A stretch of 42,190 nt of DNA from a virus (taxonomy: Duplodnaviria; Caudoviricetes): the IMG/VR virus record IMGVR_UViG_3300032212_000041, positions 1 through 42,190 of that record, one strand, 5' to 3'. A model generated the notes under the pieces. The model made no database searches and had not been told where the DNA came from. It saw nothing but the letters and a program-made list of their open reading frames with translations. This document shows positions 25,431-35,713 of the stretch, piece by piece. The first letter of the stretch is position 1; every line of letters starts with the position of its first letter. Both the position numbers and the translations under genes were made by a program.

Positions 25431-26928
25431 CGCTTAACGAAGAATCCCCAGACGGTGCTGGGGATTCGGTTGGGGTAGATTTATCGTTTGCCGGGTCTGA
25501 CTCAAAGACCAGTTGACGTTGATGCGCTTCGCTTCGCCATTTTGCAATTTGATCCATCACATCTTTAGGACTGCCGTTACGCTCACGGATAATTTGCTGT
25601 GGTGCCTTATAGCCGCAGCGTTCCAACAATCGATTGGCTTTGGCTTCTTTTTCGGGATCTATCCACGGCATGGCAGGACCGCGAAAATCTGCCACCGTCA
25701 CAGTCGTTAGATCAAGATCATTCGGTACCGGAGCCAAACCAGAGGCAATGCACATATTGACAAAACGACCCCAAGTTGGGCGCTCGAATTGCGCTATCCA
25801 AAGATTGCTGAGTGTTTGATAGTGCCCCCACCCCTCAACGAGTTCTTGGCGCTGCGCACTATAGGTACCATTATAATTGCGGCTTATCGAACTGTAACCC
25901 GTGCCGGTACCTGTGGCGGTAAAGCGCAACATGGCGTCATGAAACGGTGTAAGCAATGACGATGGGCGATTACTGTCTATCGTTCCGACTTCTTCACCTT
26001 CTTGCAAACCGTCGAACACCATGCCCGGTTTCATTTTAAAATTGCGGTCTGTATCGCCTGCGTCCGGGCCGGAATAATTTTCTGCCATGCCTTTTTTGAT
26101 GTAACCCGTTAATGCTGCAGCAACCCTTGCAGCTATACGTTCACTTTCTTCATAGTCTTTTAAGTCTTCAAGACGACGCATGACCGATGCAAAAACGGAA
26201 ACCCCTCTGGCCTGCCGTATTCGGCTAACCATTTTAGGGTGTAACATATTATCTGCCGACACGCGTTTTGCGTTAAAGTTTAAGCGATACCCGCTATCTC
26301 CGGGATGATGTCGCGTGATATGAAACGCTCTTGATCGCCCCCATGCGTTACGCTCCACACCTTGAGTGATACCGCGATTATCATCATTCAAATCAAACGG
26401 TAATAAATCAGCCTCGATCAATTCAAACGAAAATGGCACCATAGTGCCGTGATCTAGGCCAGCCACCCGACCTTCGAGCATTTGCACTAATAGCTCGCCA
26501 TCACGAAACCAAGTGCGTGCAGCCAATCGTTCTGCGCTCGGATAGTCATGCTCCCAAGTCACCTCTGGCTTATGGATGTAGTCTTGCCATAACGCCAACA
26601 ATACAATGGCAAACTCTTCGTGTATCGTGCCATCTTTTTTACGTGGTAACGGCTCACGAGTGATACCGCTTGCACCGATGGTGTTATTGACCAATACATC
26701 GAGCACACCTTTTGCGATATCGTAGTTTTGTTCTAACTGGCGCGCATAACCGCGCAAGGCCGTACCTGCCCGACCAACAACTGCATCGCCACTAGCATTG
26801 TCAGCAGCGTGTTTTCTAAGTCTGCCCGGTGTTGCTGCTTCATACGCAGCTAACGCTTGCCGGTATTGCTCCCGGCGATACGCCCACTGAGGAGATATGG
26901 CTTTTATGCTGCTTTCAAGGAAACCCAT
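25393..26928 (-). CDS. lambda-family portal protein
   Basis: LIEADLL, QGVERNAWGR, RIRQARGVS, YSAQRQELVE, PWIDPEKEA. Confidence 0.95.
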   Translation of the reverse strand: MGFLESSIKAISPQWAYRREQYRQALAAYEAATPGRLRKHAADNASGDAVVGRAGTALRGYARQLEQNYDIAKGVLDVLVNNTIGASGITREPLPRKKDGTIHEEFAIVLLALWQDYIHKPEVTWEHDYPSAERLAARTWFRDGELLVQMLEGRVAGLDHGTMVPFSFELIEADLLPFDLNDDNRGITQGVERNAWGRSRAFHITRHHPGDSGYRLNFNAKRVSADNMLHPKMVSRIRQARGVSVFASVMRRLEDLKDYEESERIAARVAAALTGYIKKGMAENYSGPDAGDTDRNFKMKPGMVFDGLQEGEEVGTIDSNRPSSLLTPFHDAMLRFTATGTGTGYSSISRNYNGTYSAQRQELVEGWGHYQTLSNLWIAQFERPTWGRFVNMCIASGLAPVPNDLDLTTVTVADFRGPAMPWIDPEKEAKANRLLERCGYKAPQQIIRERNGSPKDVMDQIAKWRSEAHQRQLVFESDPANDKSTPTESPAPSGDSSLSDEENDDGKKETS

Positions 26929-27140
26929 TAGCTGAAATCCGCAACACTAAAAAATGATGAGCCGCCAGAACTTTTTGCAGACTCTGCGCGCACTTTTGCT
27001 TCCCATTCTTTACGGCCCTGACGTATTGAGGGTAAATCTGCGCGTGTTACAGAACGACCATCAATACTATACGCCTGACCCGCCAACACTTTCTTTTCGG
27101 CTGTTATATAAAGCGCAACCATGTCTGTTGCTTCACTCAT
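26928..27140 (-). CDS. gpW-like head completion protein (start MSEATD)
   Basis: AEKKVLAGQAYSIDGRSVTRADL; between terminase and portal. Confidence 0.85.
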   Translation of the reverse strand: MSEATDMVALYITAEKKVLAGQAYSIDGRSVTRADLPSIRQGRKEWEAKVRAESAKSSGGSSFFSVADFS

Positions 27141-29134
27141 TAGATCCAGTCTCCTGTTCCGGTGCCTATCCAATCTTGACCACTGGCTTGTTTTGCTGGT
27201 GGTGTTTGTTTTTCCGGTATAACTTCTTTTTCAACTTCTGGCTTGCTAAACAAATCTTGTATCAATGGCTGAACCGCAAGCTCTAATTGTTCCCATCGTT
27301 TTTTCGAGTAAGTACGAAGCTCTAATACTTCCGCGATAAATAATGCGTAAACCGTACAATCAAGCACCTCGTTACGAATACCCGCTTTTTTCTTTACCCA
27401 TTTGTATTGTTCGCTGGCATTTGAACGGACCATGATCCGCACTTCTGCTACTAACTGCTGATAAAATTCATCCGGCAATTGTTTGGAGAAGTGAATATAT
27501 CCCGGTCCCGGCGTTGGTACCCCAAGTCGACCAAATATCAAATCTTTTGCGGTGTCGGTACCGACCATCCACAATTTGCAACCTTTCTTTAAAGTTCGCC
27601 CATTGTGATTGATATCAACCCATGATCGACGCGCCTTTATTGGCTTGCCGGGCTGACTATCACCTTTTATTGCATAGGTTTTTTTTCTGTGGCGACTAAA
27701 TATATACGCTTGATGCGTAAAGTGACCGCCAGTATCAACTGCCTCTGCTTCGATTTTTAGCATTGATCCAGAGGCGTGTTTTATGGGTTTATCAAGATAG
27801 TCGGCTAATTTATTCCACTCGCTTTGCACGGCAGGGTTCGCATCGATTTTTTTGTAGTCCACCGCCCACATTTCTTCGCCAATACCAAAAGCGTATGTCA
27901 CTACCTCAAATCGATTGCTTTGCACGTCAACACCTGCGCCAAGGATTAACCCACCCATCGGCACGACGCCAAGCGGGTAATCTTCTGCCCGGCGTTTTAA
28001 TTCGCTCTCGTCGGTTTGCTCGACTTCCGCTTCCCACGTTTCACCAAGCGTTGTGTTAACAAAGCTTTTTAATTCGCTATCATTACCGGATTTTGCTTTT
28101 TCGTTAGCAGCAATAAATTCTCTAACGATTTTAACCCATGTTGTTTGTGGGCTATATGCTGTCCACACATGCACCGCAACGGATAACGGCGCGGGAACTT
28201 CAATACCTACCGAATCGCGGAAGACGCCATTTTTATCGTCATACCACGTACCGTCTTGCGCAATCCATCGGCCTAGATCCCAAACCTGCAAATAATCGGA
28301 TTGAGTAAATAAGCCGGCACATTTATCACAACAATGTGCAACGGTTTCTGGATCGTTATCGATCCACTTAAATCCATAAGACTTGTCTTTACCACCCCAT
28401 TGCAAAGCGATCATCTCACCGCAATGCGGACAAGGAATATAAAACTTAAATCGTTTTTCAGCTTCCTCCCAACCAGCTTCAATCATTGAGAAGTTTTTTA
28501 TTTTTGGCGTTGATCCTCTAATGCGCTTAGGGAATGTCGCGCCCTCGGTACGCTTGCCAGCCAGTATCTTTGGACTACCTTCCTTTTCTACATCCTGAAC
28601 AAAGGCATCAACTTCATCCATGATCGAAGCATCAACAGAGATGCGGCGATAATTTTTTGCTGCGGTGCCACCCTTTAAATGGATAGCAACACCAAGCCCT
28701 TTCTTTTTTTGTAGCGTATTGTCTTTGTGGCGTCTTAAGTAATTTGGAAAAACATCGCGCATGATTTTTACATCACGCAACATCGGTTCAACTTCGTCCT
28801 TACAAAAGTCGTCAGAGTCACCATCGGTCGGTTGATAAATAACACTATTACGGCGTTTGTGTTGAGCGAAGTAACCAACTGCCGCCATGAGCATTTTTGT
28901 GTAACCGACTCGCGCCGATTTCATGCAATCAAAATCCTCGATTGCATCGTGACCCATCATGTCTAGCATTCCACGTTGAAACGGGTATGCTTTCCATTTT
29001 TGTTCTACATAAGACGATTCTGCAGAAAGATAAAAATGCTTATCCGCCCACTGAGACATGCGCAACGGTTCCGGCGCTCTCAGGGATTCCAGTCCCTTCT
29101 TCACCGACTCTCGCAGCTTCTTCCATCTCATCAA
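27140..29134 (-). CDS. terL: terminase large subunit (lambda gpA family)
   Basis: KSARVGYTKM, DEVDAF, GSTPKI, CPHCGE, AGVDVQ, RNEVLDC. Confidence 0.97.
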   Translation of the reverse strand: MMRWKKLRESVKKGLESLRAPEPLRMSQWADKHFYLSAESSYVEQKWKAYPFQRGMLDMMGHDAIEDFDCMKSARVGYTKMLMAAVGYFAQHKRRNSVIYQPTDGDSDDFCKDEVEPMLRDVKIMRDVFPNYLRRHKDNTLQKKKGLGVAIHLKGGTAAKNYRRISVDASIMDEVDAFVQDVEKEGSPKILAGKRTEGATFPKRIRGSTPKIKNFSMIEAGWEEAEKRFKFYIPCPHCGEMIALQWGGKDKSYGFKWIDNDPETVAHCCDKCAGLFTQSDYLQVWDLGRWIAQDGTWYDDKNGVFRDSVGIEVPAPLSVAVHVWTAYSPQTTWVKIVREFIAANEKAKSGNDSELKSFVNTTLGETWEAEVEQTDESELKRRAEDYPLGVVPMGGLILGAGVDVQSNRFEVVTYAFGIGEEMWAVDYKKIDANPAVQSEWNKLADYLDKPIKHASGSMLKIEAEAVDTGGHFTHQAYIFSRHRKKTYAIKGDSQPGKPIKARRSWVDINHNGRTLKKGCKLWMVGTDTAKDLIFGRLGVPTPGPGYIHFSKQLPDEFYQQLVAEVRIMVRSNASEQYKWVKKKAGIRNEVLDCTVYALFIAEVLELRTYSKKRWEQLELAVQPLIQDLFSKPEVEKEVIPEKQTPPAKQASGQDWIGTGTGDWI

Positions 29135-29609
29135 AACTTTCCCAATCCAGTTCTATCGAATAAGCAATATTTCTCACATCAACGATAACCTGTTCAATAA
29201 TTTCCAACGCCTCACGCGGAACATCACCCGCCTCACGCTTAATGCGCACCGGGATTGCTTCAAGCTTACCGGCAATCTTTGTACTCATTTGCGCCAAGAC
29301 TTCTGTTAACACAGAAACATCCCGCTTCAATTCATTTTCAATCGCGTTTTCACGCTCAACCTTATCTGCTTGACCTTTAGTAAGCCTCGCGCGTTCACGA
29401 GTAAGGCAAACCTGATCTTCACCACTTCGACCTGCAGCCTCTTCGCGCAAGCGTTCACAATAAATATTTAGCCATTGTTGATATGTGCCATTTACAGGAA
29501 GTAATCCGTCACTGACTTTTTCATTAACCGCCGGTTGACTAATGCCGACCAACCGACCAAAGCCCGACTGTGTAGCAACTTCGTTAAGACTGATCATATT
29601 ACTTTCCAT
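29040..29609 (-). CDS. terS: terminase small subunit (Nu1-like)
   Basis: N-terminal wHTH (TQSGFGRLVGISQPAV); LREEAAGR...LTRERARL. Confidence 0.9.
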   Translation of the reverse strand: MESNMISLNEVATQSGFGRLVGISQPAVNEKVSDGLLPVNGTYQQWLNIYCERLREEAAGRSGEDQVCLTRERARLTKGQADKVERENAIENELKRDVSVLTEVLAQMSTKIAGKLEAIPVRIKREAGDVPREALEIIEQVIVDVRNIAYSIELDWESFDEMEEAARVGEEGTGIPESAGTVAHVSVGG

Positions 29610-29669
29610 ATCATTAACCTATATCTATAGGTATAACCCCCCTAACAAATCTCATAACTAGAAAAAGAA

Positions 29670-29713
29670 CGCGGTGCGAATTACCCTCGAGCTAGACCCT
29701 TCCGGGAGTACCT
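29670..29713 (-). other. candidate cos site
   Basis: AGGTACT (resembles lambda cosQ GGGTCCT), 17 bp, then partly symmetric CGAGG-GTAATTCGCA-CCGCG, just upstream of terS. Confidence 0.5.
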
Positions 29714-29727
29714 TTTTAAATAATAAT

Positions 29728-30339
29728 TCATAGTTTTTTACGCATATTTTTCAGCGCTACAGTTAATCTTTTATCGAAATGTTTTGGAAACTTACTCTTA
29801 GCAATACCATGGACGATTTTTTTAAACTCAAACCGTTTTTTATAACTAACTTTCTTTTCAAATGCTGTAACCAATTTAATGCCGGGATTACGCTTGCCGC
29901 CAGTACGCTCCCACACTCCAGTAATCCCTTTGATGGTCGCCACAAATTGACGTTTCTTTTTTACTAACCCTTTTTTTCTACCCGGAATATTCCCGAACTT
30001 ATTTAGCTTTTGGCTGAATGGAACACCTGTACCTTTACCGCTAACCTCTCTTGACCCACCTAAGATCTGATACTTAAGATATGACCATCTAAGTTTATGA
30101 ACATATACCGCAGCTCTCAGATCGCGTTTAGTTGCTTTGTCTACTTGAAATGCGTTTATAGTAAACTTTGTCGGTCTATCCAGCTTCTTAGTGGCTTGAA
30201 CTCTCAACGCTTTTCTGGCATCGAATGCCGTGTCCGTTAATGCCTGACTTGCAGCATAAGGGATTTGTTTTTTCTGAACGTTATTAAGATGCTTTGTTAG
30301 TTTCTTTAAGTCGCTTTTTACGCTAACTTGAAACGTCAC
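29728..30339 (-). CDS. basic gpZ-like tail completion/neck protein
   Basis: KQIPYAASQALTDTA...DRPTKFT; very basic; no other Z-like gene in the tail block. Confidence 0.55.
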   Translation of the reverse strand: MTFQVSVKSDLKKLTKHLNNVQKKQIPYAASQALTDTAFDARKALRVQATKKLDRPTKFTINAFQVDKATKRDLRAAVYVHKLRWSYLKYQILGGSREVSGKGTGVPFSQKLNKFGNIPGRKKGLVKKKRQFVATIKGITGVWERTGGKRNPGIKLVTAFEKKVSYKKRFEFKKIVHGIAKSKFPKHFDKRLTVALKNMRKKL

Positions 30340-30662
30340 GTCACATACCGCAAGTTATTCACATCATAATCAATCTGCTCGGTTATACCCTCATCGGTTC
30401 CCCACGTCGCAATCAACGTGATGCGCTTTGTCTCTAGCGCATTATCGTCATTAATAATGACATTCTCCAAAACAGTTACGGGAATAGTTATATCTGCCGC
30501 TGGTGTTATTGAAGTCAATGCTTTAACAGCCACTTCATTTGTTTGGCAGTCAATTCGATAACTCACCGCATCGGGTATTTGAGAGATACCACTACTATTC
30601 GTAAATGATACCGACACATCACGGCTTGTTTGCTCGTTAATCGAATCAAGAACCACGCTCAT
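30336..30662 (-). CDS. putative Ig-like fibre adaptor protein
   Basis: 108 aa, beta-rich and acidic; last gene of the fibre block. Confidence 0.5.
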   Translation of the reverse strand: MSVVLDSINEQTSRDVSVSFTNSSGISQIPDAVSYRIDCQTNEVAVKALTSITPAADITIPVTVLENVIINDDNALETKRITLIATWGTDEGITEQIDYDVNNLRYVT

Positions 30663-30880
30663 ACTGTCACCACCAAATCTGGGTCACTATTAGTTACCAA
30701 TAAAACTGGATCTGAATTTGAAACGATCACATTTGTTATCTTTACAACAAACGCAGACGCATAATCAAAATTCAATGTCTGACCATCACCAATATCTAAT
30801 GCATTGTTTGGGTACACGAACGGGTCCATAACATCAACATTTACAACGCTCGCACGTTGAACAACATTATCAAAGGACAT
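30659..30880 (-). CDS. hypothetical protein
   Basis: Coupled on both sides; short repeat VSNSDP/VTNSDP. Confidence 0.7.
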   Translation of the reverse strand: MSFDNVVQRASVVNVDVMDPFVYPNNALDIGDGQTLNFDYASAFVVKITNVIVSNSDPVLLVTNSDPDLVVTV

Positions 30881-32073
30881 TAGCTGTATTCACCCTTTGT
30901 AAACGTTGTCCCATCGTCAGTGTTTGTGCTAGTAACAATATCAGCACTATCCGCATCGTTGCGCACCGTTTTAACACCCGTATTTTTATTGAACGTTGTT
31001 TTGTTGCGAAGTACTGTCGTTAAAAAACCAAGCTTACTTGCAAGACTTGCCGTTGATGTAATTCCACCACTTGGCTCTGCATAAGTGTCCGTTGACAATG
31101 CTGCTACCACTTGCGCTTTAACATTCGCCGCTGAAACATTATTAAGCGCTGCAATCAATGCCGGAATCGTGGTACCACTATCAACCAATATCGCATCAAC
31201 AATACCATCAACCACCGCAAGATTGGCTGCAGTTGCCAAGGCCGCATCACTGATTGCCAAATCACACTGCGCATTCACATCTGCTGCAGAAACATTATTA
31301 AGAGCCGCAATCAATGCTGGAATCGTGGTGCCAACATCAACCAATATCGCATCAACAATACCATCAACCACCGCAAGATTGGCTGCAGTTGCTAAAGCTG
31401 CATCACTGATTGCCAAATCACACTGCGCATTCACATCGGCTGCAGAAACATTATTAAGGGCCGCAATCAATGCTGGAATTGTAGTACCACTATCAACCAA
31501 TATCGTGTCAACAATACCATCAACCACCGCAAGATTGGCTGCAGTTGCTAAAGCTGCATCACTGATTGCCAAATCACACTGCGCATTCACATCCGCTGCA
31601 GAAACATTATTAAGGGCCGCAATCAATGCTGGAATCGTGGTACCACTATCAACCAATATCGCATCAACAATACCATCAACCACCGCAAGATTCGCCGCAG
31701 TCGCTAAGGCTGCATCGGCAATAGCCGTGTCACACTCTGCATTAACTTGTGCTGCAGACAAATCTTGTAAATCATCAACAAGCTTTGCACTTAAATCAAA
31801 CATGACCATATCATCTGCCATATTAGTGCTAGTAAACTTAATTAGCACCTTGTCATGATTAAGCTCACTCGCACTTAGATCCAACTCATAAACACCAGTA
31901 GACCCAATCTCCGACACCGTGTCCGCGATTGCCATTGAAGTCCACGCGCCAACCCCGTCTTTATAATACGCAGAATCAACGATAGACTCTCCAGATACAT
32001 ACGACTCTGGCGTACTTGAATTGATAGCAGGGAATGACAAATAATAAACTGCATTTTTTTTTGCTTTAATCAC
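30880..32073 (-). CDS. fibre-like protein with four 52-aa tandem repeats
   Basis: Beta-rich N-domain (SEIGSTGVYELDL) followed by Ala-rich repeats. Confidence 0.8.
   Translation of the reverse strand: MIKAKKNAVYYLSFPAINSSTPESYVSGESIVDSAYYKDGVGAWTSMAIADTVSEIGSTGVYELDLSASELNHDKVLIKFTSTNMADDMVMFDLSAKLVDDLQDLSAAQVNAECDTAIADAALATAANLAVVDGIVDAILVDSGTTIPALIAALNNVSAADVNAQCDLAISDAALATAANLAVVDGIVDTILVDSGTTIPALIAALNNVSAADVNAQCDLAISDAALATAANLAVVDGIVDAILVDVGTTIPALIAALNNVSAADVNAQCDLAISDAALATAANLAVVDGIVDAILVDSGTTIPALIAALNNVSAANVKAQVVAALSTDTYAEPSGGITSTASLASKLGFLTTVLRNKTTFNKNTGVKTVRNDADSADIVTSTNTDDGTTFTKGEYS
31133..31757. repeat. four tandem 156-bp repeats
   Basis: GAAACATTATTAAG recurs at 31133, 31289, 31445 and 31601. 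Confidence 0.95.
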
Positions 32074-32792
32074 ATTTGACCCCTTGAAATCCCTCTTGAA
32101 CTACCTCTCAAAGCACCGCCGCCCATCAGCAACACCGACGCCAAATGGCCCATGCCTACGCCTCCACCTACTGGAGCATGATCAACCACCGTTAAACTTG
32201 TTGCAGTGGCGTCTGCAATAATCAAATCAGCCGCGCTATCATACATTTGGCAATGACTAACTGCCGTGCCCACTTCCGATGCCAGTAATCCCTCAAACAA
32301 CAACACGGCATCATCCGCTGACAATATGCCGTCGAATATTGCGCCCTCAGCTAAATATCCATCCCAATAATAATCAGTCGTTGTGCCGTCATTACCCCAT
32401 ACATAATTTGCTGCATTATCCGGTCTCAATGTACCCGCCGGAGTTTGTGTTTCGGTAACGGTTACTGAAACACCGTCAATATAAACAATCGGATCATTAC
32501 TCGCGCTTGAATCATCATACGTAATAACACAATGATGCCATGCATTTAACGAAGGTTGATCAATCGCCCACTCACCGCTCGTTGTAGTGTATTCTCGACG
32601 AAACTTTAACGTTGAACCTGACACATAAAAACGTTCTCGTGCCGCATCGCCACTTTCCCGCTTGTCAAATATACGTCCTAAATTACTCCCGCCGTTACCA
32701 ATTTGATAAAACCAAAACGCATAAGACCGAAGCGTATTTGTTGTGTTTAATGTCGTTGTGAGTTTTGAGCCTACACCAAATTGATATGCCAT
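32070..32792 (-). CDS. LamG / concanavalin A-like jelly-roll protein
   Basis: SYAFWFY...GRIFDK...LNAWHHCVITYD...VYIDG...DGYLAE. Confidence 0.85.
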   Translation of the reverse strand: MAYQFGVGSKLTTTLNTTNTLRSYAFWFYQIGNGGSNLGRIFDKRESGDAARERFYVSGSTLKFRREYTTTSGEWAIDQPSLNAWHHCVITYDDSSASNDPIVYIDGVSVTVTETQTPAGTLRPDNAANYVWGNDGTTTDYYWDGYLAEGAIFDGILSADDAVLLFEGLLASEVGTAVSHCQMYDSAADLIIADATATSLTVVDHAPVGGGVGMGHLASVLLMGGGALRGSSRGISRGQM

Positions 32793-35710
32793 TAGTTAGC
32801 CGTTGTTTGTCGTGTATAAATTCGGTTATACGTCGTATCAGTCCCAATCGTTGACCAACCCGGAATCATGATCACAGCCCGATAGTTTATACCCGCAATA
32901 ACGTTGACATCGGTATACTCAAACACGCCGCTTGCATCAGTACTTTCACCTGTGCCCACTAACGCCGTATTATCTGACAAATTGATCAACCAATACTTTA
33001 GCCCGGTTTGACTTGTCATTTTCACACGCCCAGTGCCATTTGAAGCTTGCGCAGTAAAACTAATGGTGCCAGTGGCCACTTGAGTAAGCGTTAGATTGAT
33101 GGTGGTTGTTCCGGTATCTTCACCATCGGCAAAATTCACGACGATACTACCCACGCTGCCCGCACTATTAGCATCAGCCGGCGTATATGCGATAAGCGTA
33201 CTATTTGAGTCAGCATCAATAACTGCTGCACCTGCAGTTAATCCAGTTGTATCAATTGACGAAATATAGATAGGATCGACTGCCGTTGATGTAACACCAG
33301 CTAACGTGATCGGATCAATTAGTAAATCAGTCGGAAACCTATTAACACCCGAATGATTCACAGTAGCATTTGCAACCGTCATTGTGTTGCCGGTCGGCGA
33401 GGCAGTCGCAACATACAAACCCGCAATACTCGGTTTAGGATCTGAGCTGCTACCTAAGCGCAATTCTATCGTAAGAAATCCATCTGCAGTTGCACTATCA
33501 ATTACTATATTGGGAAATACCTTAGTGAATGCAGTAAAAGCCGCCAGCGCGTTTGCGCAGATATCAAATTCATTAGCGACTAAAACACCTTCAATTAAGA
33601 TATCGAAATTTCTATTAGAACCATTAGAATCACAAGTCCCTGTTACATACCCCCAATAACGTTCAATGAAATGCAGACCAACATCATAGGTGCCATCAGC
33701 AATAGGGATGTCCCATTTTAAAGTACCGTTCTTTTCTATTGATTTTAAATACAAAGCATCGTCGGTTGTACCCAGCACATCCCCTGTTTCTGTTTTATAC
33801 GATGCACCCGTTAAATCAATATAATCTTGTGCCAAATAAGTTTCAGATACCACAACATTTGTCGCGGGACTTTCACCTATCTCCATATAAAATGGGACAG
33901 TCACATCTGGATCAACCGCTATAGTCCCCTCAATTGCTCCAATGTCGGTGGTTGATCGAGCATTACCTAAAAAATCTTCGCTTAAATAAGTCGTATCTAA
34001 GGTGTAAGGCAAATCGCCTGATTGAAGATAATTAGCAATATTTGGTATTGATGAAGTTAAATCTAATCCACCATCCAATGCACCACTTGTTGGTTGCGGA
34101 GAAACTAACGAAGTATCTGGAGGACTCGACATAGATGTCCAACCAGTACCAGTTAATAATGGATCACCATGCACATCATTAACGCCATCACAATCAAGAT
34201 CGGTAAAAGCGGTATCAGTATGGTTGTAATCAAAATCCATTTCTGACACTTGAAGCGCGGTATTAGGTATGCCACCTTCGCCGCTTGTGACCACTGCGCA
34301 TTCTGTCGCATTCTCGGTAAATAAATTATTTTTAATCGTTGATGGTTGTATTAGGTCATTGGTTAAAAATGTTGATCGAAACGCATAGTTATTGCCGACA
34401 ACCGTATTACCAATGAAATCAAATTGCACCTGCATTCTTCCGGACGCGGTAACACTCGCGCCGGCACTTTCATTCGTTAACGACTCCGCGACTGTTAAAC
34501 TACCAGATGAAGCCGCAGTGACAGTGTGAGTCCCGTTATTAAAGGTTGAACCTGCTATTGTTACCTGCATCCCCGAAACAAACGCACCAAAGCCGCTTCC
34601 GGAATCTGCTATAACATTGGTTCCACTTGTAAATGAGATTGTACTAGCGGTTACTTGTTGTAACCGTGCAGGTGATAGCATTGTTGTGGCTATGCCGGTA
34701 TTCATGCCGATAATGATATTGTTACGGATGATAACGCCAGTTGAATTCCCGCCTAGCGGTCTTTCGACGTTTATACCAAATCCATTTTCAGCATAGGGAT
34801 TATGCTTTAGAAAATTTGTATCGTTACAACCGATAGATATATTTCTTTCCCAAATGCTATTGACTGCTTGATCAATATAATAAGAATTCCAATGCGAACA
34901 CTCAACAACATTATAAGAGTAAATCCCATACTCAGATGCTTCAAATGCTACAAACGATTCCCCCTCATTATTAAACGCGTAATTGTTATAAACGATCCCA
35001 TAATCAGAACCTACTAAGCCACTGCAAATACCATGATTGGGACCAACCCATTCACCGTTTAATGCAGCTTGGCCACACTGCGAAATCGTATTATTCAAGA
35101 TATAAACGTATGACGAGTAACGTTTACCTGCGATTGCTTGGCCTGCCGTAAATTGACAAGTATTGCCATCAAGGGTGATGTTAGATATGGGCGATCCACT
35201 AGTACCTTGAGCTTGTATACAGGCACCGGATGAGTTCCTTAACCAAATTCCTTTTACATCGACATAACTTGAAGATACCTGTATTAAACCGCTATAAGCC
35301 CCAGGGGGTATGGCTCCCGAACTACCACCGACCGGATCGCCTGCCTGAGAATAAGCACCAAACATTTGAGGATCACTAAAGCCCCCACCTGCACAATCAT
35401 TTAAAGTCGGTGTAGCACCATAATAAGACCCAAAAACCGCATGATTCCCAGACGTGCCACCATGTGTAATATCAATGTATTGACCATTAAAAACAGAGCC
35501 ACATTCCAAATAAATGTCGTCACCTGAACTTAGCGAGAGACCTTTAACATGTGTTATAGACTGAAATGGGCTATTTACATCATCAGCAGCGCCAGTGATA
35601 TCACTGCCGGTGTCGCTAATGTAATACACAGCCGCATTAACTGCACCGCTCGCCATTAAAAACGAAGCGATATAAAATAACGCTGCCAATAAAAGTACAA
35701 TAAATCTCAT
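32792..35710 (-). CDS. signal-peptide protein with right-handed beta-helix and malectin-like domains
   Basis: MRFIVLLLAALFYIASFLMASGAVNA; YYIS..GSD......SPFQSI; IIRNNII repeats; DDALY...YDVGLHFIE.Y...RNFDILIEG. Confidence 0.82.
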   Translation of the reverse strand: MRFIVLLLAALFYIASFLMASGAVNAAVYYISDTGSDITGAADDVNSPFQSITHVKGLSLSSGDDIYLECGSVFNGQYIDITHGGTSGNHAVFGSYYGATPTLNDCAGGGFSDPQMFGAYSQAGDPVGGSSGAIPPGAYSGLIQVSSSYVDVKGIWLRNSSGACIQAQGTSGSPISNITLDGNTCQFTAGQAIAGKRYSSYVYILNNTISQCGQAALNGEWVGPNHGICSGLVGSDYGIVYNNYAFNNEGESFVAFEASEYGIYSYNVVECSHWNSYYIDQAVNSIWERNISIGCNDTNFLKHNPYAENGFGINVERPLGGNSTGVIIRNNIIIGMNTGIATTMLSPARLQQVTASTISFTSGTNVIADSGSGFGAFVSGMQVTIAGSTFNNGTHTVTAASSGSLTVAESLTNESAGASVTASGRMQVQFDFIGNTVVGNNYAFRSTFLTNDLIQPSTIKNNLFTENATECAVVTSGEGGIPNTALQVSEMDFDYNHTDTAFTDLDCDGVNDVHGDPLLTGTGWTSMSSPPDTSLVSPQPTSGALDGGLDLTSSIPNIANYLQSGDLPYTLDTTYLSEDFLGNARSTTDIGAIEGTIAVDPDVTVPFYMEIGESPATNVVVSETYLAQDYIDLTGASYKTETGDVLGTTDDALYLKSIEKNGTLKWDIPIADGTYDVGLHFIERYWGYVTGTCDSNGSNRNFDILIEGVLVANEFDICANALAAFTAFTKVFPNIVIDSATADGFLTIELRLGSSSDPKPSIAGLYVATASPTGNTMTVANATVNHSGVNRFPTDLLIDPITLAGVTSTAVDPIYISSIDTTGLTAGAAVIDADSNSTLIAYTPADANSAGSVGSIVVNFADGEDTGTTTINLTLTQVATGTISFTAQASNGTGRVKMTSQTGLKYWLINLSDNTALVGTGESTDASGVFEYTDVNVIAGINYRAVIMIPGWSTIGTDTTYNRIYTRQTTAN

Positions 35711-35713
35711 TTT

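Noticed and set aside
31133-31757. CRISPR array or DGR template/variable repeat
   Set aside because: Contiguous in-frame coding repeats without spacers; no cas or reverse transcriptase gene in the genome
31085-31858. 257-aa + strand repeat ORF
   Set aside because: Antisense shadow of the Ala-rich repeat gene; no RBS and opposite to the operon
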